From: Octopus sinensis
Lineage: Eukaryota
Length of the DNA stretch: 64,000 nucleotides
Direction of reading: 5' to 3'
Assembly (NCBI RefSeq): GCF_006345805.1
Contig: NC_043026.1
Coordinates: 14,301,579 to 14,365,578, forward strand
Part shown: in pieces, positions 22,046-32,522 of the stretch
Numbering within the stretch: the first letter of the stretch is position 1
How the letters are laid out: each line of letters begins with the position of its first letter
Program-made: the position numbers and the translations under genes
Notes under the pieces: model-generated
The model's database searches: none
What the model was told of the DNA's origin: nothing
What the model saw: the letters and a program-made list of their open reading frames with translations, nothing else

Positions 22046-22309
22046 CTAGTTGGCATGAGGCGGATTGAAACATGCACATTTTCTTAAAGTGGATGCCCTT
22101 TCAATTGCAAACTCTTACCTGTTTTCCAAGTAAGGTATTTACTTTTCGTTCCAGCAGTCTGCACACCTTGAGAATTGAAATTACAAGCCTTCTACTTATC
22201 AGAAAATGTAAACAAATATCTGTTTCTTACGTGTGTGTGTGTGTGTGTTTGTGTCTGATGGACCTCTTCTTAGTTTCCACTCAAAAGGCGTTGGCCCGTG
22301 TCTATAGAA

Positions 22310-22510
22310 GATGATACCTGTTCAAGCTATCATGTAATGAAGCTAAGCCCTGGCTAGAACTTACAGTAGAGGGAGACTCAGGGAGACATGGGATGAGGTG
22401 GTGAAGGGTGACCTTAGAAACCAAAACCTGACAGAGGAGATGGTAAAGAACTGGAATCTCAGGTGATATGAGGTTCTTGAGAAGACCTGCTCCCCTCAGC
22501 AAAACTGAGT
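22310..22510 (+). mobile_element. RTE-type LINE 3' fragment
   Basis: Reads ...RGRLRETWDEVVKGDLRNQNLTEEMVKN..., an RTE ORF C-terminus. Confidence 0.55.
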
Positions 22511-22789
22511 TCTGGAAATGCTGTTTCATGCTTTCTATCCATTTTAATAACAATAATGGTGACATGAGTAGTAATGGCATGGCTCCAAAAAATGCAACTG
22601 CCAGGACCGAAGTAATTGTCCACTTAGAGGGCCCTGTCGGACTAACAATATTGTTTATAGATGTTATATAAAAATAGATGTGTTTGGAAAGTCACTGTGT
22701 ACTTTTCTAATTGTATTTTGTATTTTTGTATTTCAGATTTTGCTCCCCAAAAGGTTTTAAGAACTGAAGAACATATATTTCTTGTCGAA

Positions 22790-23155
22790 CACACATTTTG
22801 AGAAGGTGATAGAAACACAGATTTGGTGTGACAACATTTTTCTGATAAATTCCCAGAAACATTCTGATAAATTCCCAGCAATGCAGTTCATAACATTATT
22901 GCCAGATTCCAAGAAACAGGATTAGTGGAAGATGTCCGTTATCGTGGAAAACCATCAAAGCTCTCCGAGGAGATTTTGTCAAATATTTCTGACAGTATGT
23001 GGCAGAGTTGATCAAAACCATTAAGAAAGTTAGCACAGTGGTGAGATATTGGTCTTGCGACAGCTCATAAGATCATCAGAAAGGAATTAAAACCCTTTCT
23101 ATACAAAGTAATGGTAGCACACGAAATGAAAGCAACTGATCATGAAAAGCAGCTA
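22790..23155 (+). mobile_element. Degenerate Tc1/mariner transposase fragment
   Basis: Pieces read EDVRYRGKPSKLSEEIL...DIGLATAHKIIRKELKPFLYKVMVAHEMKATDHEK (HTH region), with frameshifts. Confidence 0.6.
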
Positions 23156-23351
23156 CACTCTTTTACTTGTTTCAGTCATTTGACTGCGGCCATGCTGGAG
23201 CACCGCCTTTAGTCGAGCAACTCGACCCCGGGACTTATTCTTTTGTAAGCCCAGTACTTATTCTATCGGTCTCTTTTGCCGAACCGCTAAGTAACGGGGA
23301 CATAAACACACCAGCATCGGTTGTCAAGCAATGCTAGGGGCATAAACACAA

Positions 23352-23390
<39 letters not shown>

Positions 23391-23539
23391 ATTGATATAG
23401 GATAAAATTTTTTTTCGGGAAAAAAATTTTATCAATGGCCAGCATATCAAAAAAAGCCTTTAAAGGTAAAATTTATACATAATTTACAAGATAAGGGCAG
23501 AATCTGGCATTAGAATTTTTCTTCTGCCCTTATCTTGTA

Positions 23540-23577
<38 letters not shown>

Positions 23578-23926
23578 GTATATACGATGGGCTTCTTTCA
23601 GTTTCCATCTACCAAATCCACTCACAAGGCTTTGGTCGGCCCGAGGCTATAGTAGAACACACTTGCCCAAGATGCCACACAGTGGGACTGAACCCGGAAC
23701 CATGTGGTTGGTAAGCAAGCTACTTACCACACAGCCACTCCTGCGCCACATATATATATATATGTGTGTGTGTGTAAACCTTAAAGCAGTCATACAAACA
23801 GATCAAATCTCTTTCTTCCAGGACTGAAAAAATCATGAACAGCTTTAATAGATTTTTAAACCCTTGTTGTAGTCCTCATAAGTGTCTACATCACATGATC
23901 AATCCCAGAGAACTTCCTACATATCA

Positions 23927-24323
23927 TCTTTATATATACAAGAGAGGTTGTGTGTCTGTCTCCTACGATTTAGATTCCTAACTACTCCCACATTTTGCGG
24001 TGCAGTTTAACCAAAACCGGGTATCTTATAGTCGTGATTCATATCGAGCCCTTCTGGGTATTAGCACGCATCTACAATGAGTCTACGATTTAAAAAAAAA
24101 TTTACCATCATTTTTTTCCATCTTAATGCATTTTTTTCGCTATTATATAAGGGAAGTAACTCTCTAAAAATGTCTACGATGAGTCAACGATTTTAAAAAA
24201 AATTTACAATAATTTTTTTTCCATTTTTAATGCATTTTTTTGCTATTTTTTGGCTATAACTCTAAAAATGCCTATATAGTTATTTCCCTTACAAACCCGA
24301 GCAACGCCGGGCGATACTGCTAG
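23927..24323 (+). mobile_element. Non-autonomous Helitron
   Basis: A|TC start at 23927, GC-rich hairpin CCCGAGCAACGCCGGG (24296-24311), CTAG|T end; no TSD. Confidence 0.75.
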
Positions 24324-24365
24324 TTTGAATATAAGACTGCCGGAGCAGGTCTGACCTGGGTTTAA

Positions 24366-24575
24366 CCCTTTAGCATTCAGATTCTTCTGTCAAATGTAAA
24401 GCTTATGTATTCACACCATGTAAAATTAATCTTGTATCATTTCATGGCTTTGAGATTTCAAGGATGTGATTGTTTATTTTTAAAATGACACAACAAGGTA
24501 GCTATGAATGACCATATCTGACTAGTTTGAACATAAAACAGGTAGAATATTTTGGCCGGTTTAAACACTAAAGGG
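24366..24575. mobile_element. piggyBac-type MITE family 2 (TTAA-CCCTTTAG...CTAAAGGG-TTAA)
   Basis: TTAA on both sides; relatives 26228-26446 and 62704-62924. Confidence 0.8.
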
Positions 24576-24830
24576 TTAATGCTTATTCACAGTATTCTGA
24601 ATTAACTATGCATTATCACATAGCTTCAAGATTTCCAGGTGATTGCGTTATGGCAAAAATCATGACACCCCATGAGACATGGTGTGTGGTAGTGATAGAT
24701 GCTTTCTCACCAAAGTATTGCAGTCTACGAAGATGGTCATATTTGTCTAACAAGTTTACACCCTTCATATATATAATGGGGACATAAACACACCAACATC
24801 AGTTGTCAAGCAATGCTAGGGGGACAAACA

Positions 24831-24878
<48 letters not shown>

Positions 24879-24921
24879 ATTGATATAGGATAAATTTTTT
24901 TTGATTTAACCCCTTATTTGA

Positions 24922-26224
24922 TTTAACCCCTTAAAATTCAGATTATTCTGTCAAATTTAATGCTTATTCAAGATTTCCAGGTGATTGTGTTATGGCAAAA
25001 ATCATGACCCCCTATGAGACATGATGTGAGGTAGTGATAGATGCTTTCTCACCAAAGTATTGCAGTCTATGAAGATGTCCGATGGGGTTCTCAGTTATTT
25101 GGTTTAACCCCTTAAAATTCAGATTATTCTGTCAAATTTAATGCTTATTCAAGATTTCCAGGTGATTGCGTTATGGCAAAAATCATACCACCCCATGAGA
25201 CATGGTGTGTGGTAGTGATAGGTGCTTTCTCACCAAAGTATTGCAGTCTTCGAAGATGTCCGATGGGGTTCTCAGTTATTTGAATTAACCCCTAAAAATT
25301 CAGATTATTCTGTCAAATTTAATGCTTATTCAAGATTTCCAGGTGATTGCGTTATGGCAAAAATCATACCACCCCATGAGACATGGTGTGTGGTAGTGAT
25401 AGGTGCTTTCTCACCAAAGTATTGCAGTCTTCGAAGATGTCCGATGGGGTTCTCAGTTATTTGATTTAACCCCTTAAAATTCAGATTATTCTGTCAAATT
25501 TAATGCTTATTCAAGATTTCCAGGTGATTGCGTTATGGCAAAAATCATACCACCCCATGAGACATGGTGTGTGGTAGTGATAGGTGCTTTCTCACCAAAG
25601 TATTGCAGTCTTCGAAGATGTCCGATGGGGTTCTCAGTTATTTGGTTTAACCCCTTAAAATTCAGATTATTCTGTCAAATTTAATGCTTATTCAAGATTT
25701 CCAGGTGATTGCGTTATGGTAAAAATCATACCACCCCATGAGACATGGTGTGTGGTAGTGATAAGTGCTTTCTCACCAAAGTATTGCAGTCTTCGAAGAT
25801 GTCCGATGGGGTTCTCAGTTATTTGATTTAACCCCTAAAAATTCAGATTATTCTGTCAAATTTAATGCTTATTCAAGATTTCCAGGTGATTGCGTTATGG
25901 CAAAAACCATGACACCCCATGAGACATGGTGTGTGGTAGTGATAGATGCTTTCTCACCAAAGTATTGCAGTCTACGAAGATGTCTGATGGGGTTCTCAGT
26001 TATTTGATTTAACCCCTTAAAATTCAGATTATTCTGTCAAATTTAATGCTTATTCAAGATTTCCAGGTGATTGCGTTATGGCAAAAATCATGACCCCCCA
26101 TGAGACATGATGTGTGGTAGTGATAGATGCTTTCTCACCAAAGTATTGCAGTCTACGAAGGTGTCCGATGGGGTTCTCAGTTATTTGAATTAACCCCTTA
26201 AAATTCAGATTATTCTGTCAAATT
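24922..26224. repeat. 181-bp tandem satellite, 7 full units plus a partial
   Basis: Unit starts recur at 24922, 25103, 25284, 25465, 25646, 25827, 26008, 26189. Confidence 0.95.
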
Positions 26225-26490
26225 TAACCCTTTAGTGTTCAGATTATTGAACCAAACATAATGCCTATTGATTCCCATTGATTTGAATTAACCGTGCATT
26301 ATCTCATGTCTTCAAGATCTTGATGGTGTAATTACTTAATGTGGAATAACATTGTAGGGTAGGTGTGAGAGCCTGGATCTGGTCAGTTTGAACATAAAAC
26401 AGATTAGCTATTTTGGCCGGATATGGCCGGTTTAAATACTAAAGGGTTAAACAACAACCACAATAGCAGAATCAACAGAACAAAACTTAC

Positions 26491-26887
26491 CGAATCCACT
26501 AAGACCACTGGCGTGAAAGTTAGCCAGATTGAAACCATGTTCACTCTCCATAACAGCACACAACACCTCACATGCCTCAATTGCCTGATCAGAGTAGTTG
26601 ATGGCCAGCTGGAGCGCTGTGTTGTTCGACTCGTACTTGCCAATGAGCACACTTAGTCGGTCTGTGAGGGTCTTGCTTTCCTCCAGGTTTAATGCCAACA
26701 GTCCATACTGAGATTTCCAGTGGTCAATTTTGCTATTCAGGCGTTCAAATTCAATCTCAAATTCACGGATCTTGCTTTCGGAGATCTCATTCCCACATTT
26801 GTAGACTGTCTGCACTATTTCCTGCATACTGGAACATTCCTGCAGACTCTGCACTAGGTGCTCTGCCACTTTGGCATTTGGTAGCTG
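26491..26887 (-). CDS. MCC: MCC exon with first MCC-family (MCC-bdg_PDZ type) coiled-coil motif (QLPNAKVAEHLVQSLQECS...ESKIREFEIEFERLNSKIDHWKSQ...GKYESNNTALQLAINYS...)
   Basis: ORF 26447..26893; tandem CAGCAG acceptor (start 26887 or 26884), G|GTAAGT donor, 397 nt, phase 0 to 1; strongly MCC-like. Confidence 0.96.
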
Positions 26888-27391
26888 CTGCAACAGAAGA
26901 AGGAAAAGATTTCTTTTAATTTTAAGTCATTCAGGTAACATTTCAATGTAATTTTCCTTTCTAAAAAGAAAAACAAAAAACATTTCAATTTAAATATTTA
27001 AAGAATAGTGGCTGTGTGGTAAGCTAGCAGAAACATTAGCGCGCCAGGTGAAATGCTTAGCAGTATTTCATCTGCCATTATGTTGTGAGTTCAAATTCCG
27101 CCGAGGTCGACTTTACCTTTCATCCTTTCGGGGTCGATAAATTAAGTACCAGTTACGCACTGGGGTCAATCTAATCGACTTAATACCTATGTCTATCCTT
27201 GTTTGTCCTCTCTATGTTTAGCCCCTTGTGGGTAATAAAGAAATAGGTAAGTAGCTTGCTTACAAACCACATGGTTTCGGGTTCATTCCTACTGCATGGC
27301 ACCTTGGGCAAGTGTCTTCTACTATAGCCTTGGGTCGACCAAAGTCTTGTGAGTGGATTTGGTAGACGGAAACTGAAAGAAGCCCGTCGTA

Positions 27392-27453
<62 letters not shown>

Positions 27454-28214
27454 TGTGTCTGTGCTTGTCCCGCCATCATCACTTGACAGCTGATGCTGGT
27501 GTGTTTATGTCCCCGTAACTTAGCGGTTCGGCCAAGGAGATCGATGGAATAGGTACTAGGCTTCCAAAGAATAAGTCCTGGGGTCGATTTGCTCGGCTGA
27601 AAGGCGGTGCTCCAGCATGGCCGCAGTCAAATGACTGAAACAAGTAAAAGAGTATTGAATATAACTAATTAGAATGTTAATGTCTTGCAAGCAGTGTTCT
27701 TCATTTGCAATCTTCTGTGGAAACATGTCTGGTAATAGGAAGCATTCCTTTGCTTGGAAACAGGTGAGATCAGGTGTGGGGATATGTGCCATTGCAGTTT
27801 GTTTTGTTTTGTTTGTTTTTCCAGTTTCAGCTCTTGAGCTGTGGCCATGCTGGGGCACCGCCATTGTGGTGAAAGAGTACAGCAGGGATCACCACCCCCT
27901 GCCGGAGCCTCGTAGAGCTTTTAGTGTGTTGCTACATTCACAATTTGTTGGTGTATCCTGGGTCCTGACTGGTGACTGACCTGTTGGGCAGAGTCCAAGT
28001 TAGTCCCCATCTCCGTGATATTACCATGACCCTGTGGCTGTCAACTGAGCTGGGTCCTTAGCGAAGAGAATATAGTAAGCAGGGTCTCACTTGGAAAATC
28101 AAACAACATGGCCAAGCAGTCTGAGCTGGTGCTTTGGAATCATACAAGCAACTGGATGCATCACAGTTTCTGAGTGGACTTGTTGGCTGGATATGAAATC
28201 TGACCAATGGTAAC

Positions 28215-28960
28215 CCCTCATCATCGTTTGGCGTCCACTTTCCATGCTAGCATGGGTTGGATGGTTCAACTGGGGTCTGGGAAGCCAGAAGGCTGTACCA
28301 GACCCAGTCTGATCTGGCAGTGTTTCTATGGCTGGATGCCCTTCCTAATGCCAACCACTTCAGAAAGTATACTGAGTGCTTATTTTCATGACACCAGCCC
28401 CTTAACCTGGAGTAGGGCTGCAGTAGAGAGGGAGGCGACCATATGCTAGGGGATGAGGAGTTGAAGTACAAGGGACCAGAACACAATAGGGTTTCTTGTT
28501 TACAGGATCTACATCATCATCATCATCATCGTCGTTTAGCGTCCGCTTTCCATGCTGGCATGGGTTGGATGGTTCAACTGGGGTCTGGGAAGCCAGAAGG
28601 CTGTACCAGACCCAGTCTGATCTGGCAGTGTTTCTATGGCTGGATGCCCTTCCTAATGCCAACCACTTCAGAAAGTATACTGAGTGCTTATTTTCATGAC
28701 ACCAGCCCCTTAACCTGGAGTAGGGCTGCAGTAGAGAGGGAGGCGACCATATGCTAGGGGATGAGGAGTTGAAGTACAAGGGACCAGAACACAATAGGGT
28801 TTCTTGTTTACAGGATCTACATCATCATCATCATCGTCGTTTAGCATCCGCTTTCCATGCTGGCATGGGTTGGATGGTTCAACTGGGGTCTGGGAAGCCA
28901 GAAGGCTGCACCAGGCCCAGTCTGATCTGGCAGTGTTTCTATGGCTGGATGCCCTTCCTA
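28215..28960. repeat. 308-bp tandem duplication (~2.4 units) of a family D SINE end plus flank
   Basis: ORFs 28402 and 28710 repeat with a 308-bp offset. Confidence 0.85.
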
Positions 28961-30248
28961 ATGCCAACCACTCCGCGAGTGTAGTGGGTGCTTTTTATGT
29001 GCCACCAGCACAGGTGCCAGACGAGGCTGGCAAACAGCCACGATCAAATGGTGCTTTTTACATGCCACCGGCACAGAGGTCAGGCGAGGCTGTCAACGGC
29101 CACAATTGGATGGTGCTTTTTACGTGCCATCGGCACGGAGGCCAGTCGGGGCGGCGCTGGCAACGGCCACGATCAGATGGTGCTTTTTACGTGCCAGACG
29201 AGGCTGGCAAATGACCACGATAAGATGGTGCTTTTTACATGCCACCGGCACGGAGGCCAGGCGAGGCTGTCAACGGCCACAATTGGATGGTGCTTTTTAC
29301 GTGCCACCGGCATGGAGGCCAGTCGGGGTGGCGCTGGCAACGGCCACATTCGGATGGTTCTCTTACGTGCCACCGGCACTGGTATCACAGCTACAATTTC
29401 CATTGATGTTGATCGATTTCGATTTTGAATTGATTTTGATTTTTCCATAATCATATGAAATGTCTTGGTACCAAAGGAGTTCAGGAGGAACCTAAAAGTA
29501 GGGCGGCACAGAAATAGTACTCACTACTTGTTGTAAAGTGGTTGGTGTTAAGAAGGGCATCCACCTGTAGAAACCATAACAAAGTTGACACAGAAACATA
29601 AGGCAGTCCCTTAGATCCATTGGATCCTTTCAAACTGCCCAACCCATATCAGCATAGAGTATGGACATTAAATGGTGATGACGACATATATGGTAGTTTT
29701 GTACAGCCTCTGCCTGCTAAATTCCATTCACAATCTAAGGCACTTGCCCCATTTGCCACACAGACAGATCAAATCTTCAAAGAGGTGATTAGGAAGTAAT
29801 CTATTTCTTTACTATCCACAAGGGGCTAAACATAGATGGGACAAACAAGGACAGACAAAGGTATTAAGTCGATTCCATCGACCCCAGTGCGTAACTGGTT
29901 CTTAAGTTATCGACCCCGAAAGGATGAAAGGCAAAGTCGACCTCGGCGGAATTTGAACTCGGAACGTAACGGCAGACGAAATACGGCTACGCATTTCGCC
30001 CGGCGTGCTAACATTTCTGCCAGCTCACCGCCTTAATATGATGACATATATATGGTTATTTTGTACAGTCTCTGCCTGCTAAATTCCATTCACAATCCAA
30101 GGCATTTGCCCCATTTTCCCACACAGACAGATCAAATCTTGAAAGCGGTGATTAGGAAGTCATCGTTTAACCCCACAGCTATTCTTTACCTCGTTTGATA
30201 GGTATTTTACAGCAATAACAACAACAATAATAATGGCTTGGCACCTAC

Positions 30249-30330
30249 CTGCTTATCATTCGCACATGTTTTTAATTTCTTTAGTTCAGCAATCTTAGCC
30301 ACAGGGAATTGTTCATTGGTTGCCAAAGCT
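30249..30330 (-). CDS. MCC: MCC exon (R-ALATNEQFPVAKIAELKKLKTCANDKQ)
   Basis: ctgtAG acceptor, CAG|GTAGGT donor, 82 nt, phase 2 to 0; PVAKIAE resembles MCC PIAKIAE. Confidence 0.9.
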
Positions 30331-30870
30331 CTACAGTATATAAAACATATATATATAAATATAAAATAAGAGAGTGGTTACTATATGGCTCACTCTAGCA
30401 CCAGTTAATCCAAAAGGTTTCAACCACAAAAATACATGTTTCCCATGAAAGTCAGTACGATTGTTAGCTCACACGGACAGGGCAAATAAAAAATAACAAA
30501 AATACAGATTATTTTGGGACAATTGTTTCGCTATTAATGAATTAAATGTAATTTTACTTACAAAAAAATCCACTTGAGCCATATAGTGACCACTCTCTTA
30601 TATTTATTTTGTAAAAATATTATAATATATTATAAAATATTATAATAATCCAGGTTTCTCGGAGCACTAGGCCACTTGGTGTTGAATGGATATACTATTA
30701 AATTAGTATCTAATTCTCTCACCCTTATTAATTAATTATATATAAATATATATATACGAATATAAACAAGAAGGGTAGTAATATTATTTACTACCAGGTG
30801 CCCAGCACAAAAGACGAATTAGTCATGAGACAAAAATATTATTCATATAGAAAAATATTATTCATGTGGT

Positions 30871-31086
30871 TATACAATTAAGGGCTCCTAAATAAAGATG
30901 CCGAGTGCTGGGAACACAAAAAGGGGATGAATTTATCGAGAGTGAAAATCAAAAACATTTACCGATAACTTTAAACCACGGTACGAGTTGTTAAAGTTAT
31001 CGGTAAATGTTTTTGATTTTCACTCTCGATAAATTCATCCCCTTTTTGTGTTCCCAGCACTCGGCATCTTTATTTAGGAGCCCTTA

Positions 31087-31094
<8 letters not shown>
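30871..31094. repeat. Perfect inverted repeat, 104-bp arms, 16-nt spacer
   Basis: 30871-30974 is the exact reverse complement of 30991-31094 by manual comparison. Confidence 0.92.
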
Positions 31095-31154
<60 letters not shown>

Positions 31155-32004
31155 CAAGATAAGAAAATGGAGAAATACATCTAAATCAAATATCAATAAC
31201 CAGATAATACTCAATCACATACTTTATTAAACCACCACATAAGAGAGTGTAGGGTTAAACATAAAAAAGCAGAACAAATCAGTGTACATAAAGGAATGTA
31301 CATAAAAAAGTGTACAAGGCGCAGGAGTGGCTGCGTGGTAAGTAGCTTGCTAACCAATCACATGGTTCCGGGTTCAGTCCCACTGTGTGGCACCTTGGGC
31401 AAGTGTCTTCTACTATAGCCCCGGGCCGACCAATGCCTTGTGAGTGGATTTGGTAGACGGAAACTGAAAGAAGCCTGTCGTATATATATATATGTATGTG
31501 TGTGTGTGTTTGTCCCCCTAGCATTGCTTGACAACCGATGCTGGTGTGTTTACGTCCCCGTTACTTAGCGGTTCGGCAAAAGAGACCGATAGAATAAGTA
31601 CTGGGCTTAACAAAGAATAAGCCTCGGGGTCGATTTGCTCGACTAAAGGCGGTGCTCCAGCATGGCCGCAGTCAAATGACTGAAACAAGTAAAAGAGAGT
31701 ATATAAGAGTAATGTTGTATAATAAGTAGAATATATATAAAAAAGAGAATAAACATATAAGTAAATATAAATATAAGTATAGATTACATCTTACAGCTGT
31801 TTCGGCCATGTAGATAAGTATGTCTTATTTTACCAATATTAATATATTTAATGTAGGATAAAATTTTTTCGAAAAAAAATTTTATTAATGGGCTGGAGAA
31901 TTTCTATTTTGGATGTATTGAGGGTACTTAATTGTGCTCATGACTTAGTGTTTTGCTTCTTCCATGGGTATGAGTAAGTATCTCATTTATTTCTTTGCCA
32001 CATT

Positions 32005-32057
32005 TATCACTGACAAAGGGAGGGCTCTTACGAGCTAACCCTGAAATCGGTCCGATA
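32005..32057 (+). ncRNA. Decayed hammerhead relic
   Basis: UAUCA-CUGACAA-AGGG..GCUC UUAC GAGC..CCCU-GAAAUCGGUC-CGAUA; three transitions from a canonical motif. Confidence 0.45.
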
Positions 32058-32412
32058 TGGTAATAATGGAATTTTTTAGAGATATAGATGCATCATCATC
32101 ATTTAGCGTCCGCTTTCCATGCTAGCATGGGTTGGACTGGTCAACTGGGGTCTGTGAAGCTGGAAGGCTTCGTCAGGCCCAGTCAGATCTGGCAGTGTTT
32201 CTACGGCTGGATGCCCTTCCTAACGCCAACCACTCCACGAGTGTAGTGGGTGTTTGTTACGTGCCACCTGCACAGGTACCAGACAGAGCTGGCGAACGGC
32301 CACGAACGGATGATGCTTTTACGTGTCACCGGCACGGGGCCAGGCGATGCTGACTTATGTAAAAAAAACTAAGGTGAAAAAACAATTGAGAATAAAAGCA
32401 ACTAATACCTAC

Positions 32413-32522
32413 CGCTTTCCAGCAGTTGGGCTTATCACTGGGGACTTGATAGGAGTGGATGTCCGGCTATCTGAATGAACTGAGCTTTCAAAATACTGTA
32501 ATTGTGATTGTAATTCTCGCAC
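32413..32522 (-). CDS. MCC: MCC exon (VRELQSQLQYFESSVHSDSRTSTPIKSPVISPTAGK-R)
   Basis: ctctcttcAG acceptor, CG|GTAGGT donor, 110 nt, phase 0 to 2; VRELQ motif continues MCC. Confidence 0.9.

Noticed and set aside
27975-28035. Minus-strand CAACAG|GTCAGT donor with an in-phase 51-nt micro-exon candidate
   Set aside because: Weak acceptor, no MCC similarity, and the surrounding sequence reads as an RTE remnant (QLRLLGHV).
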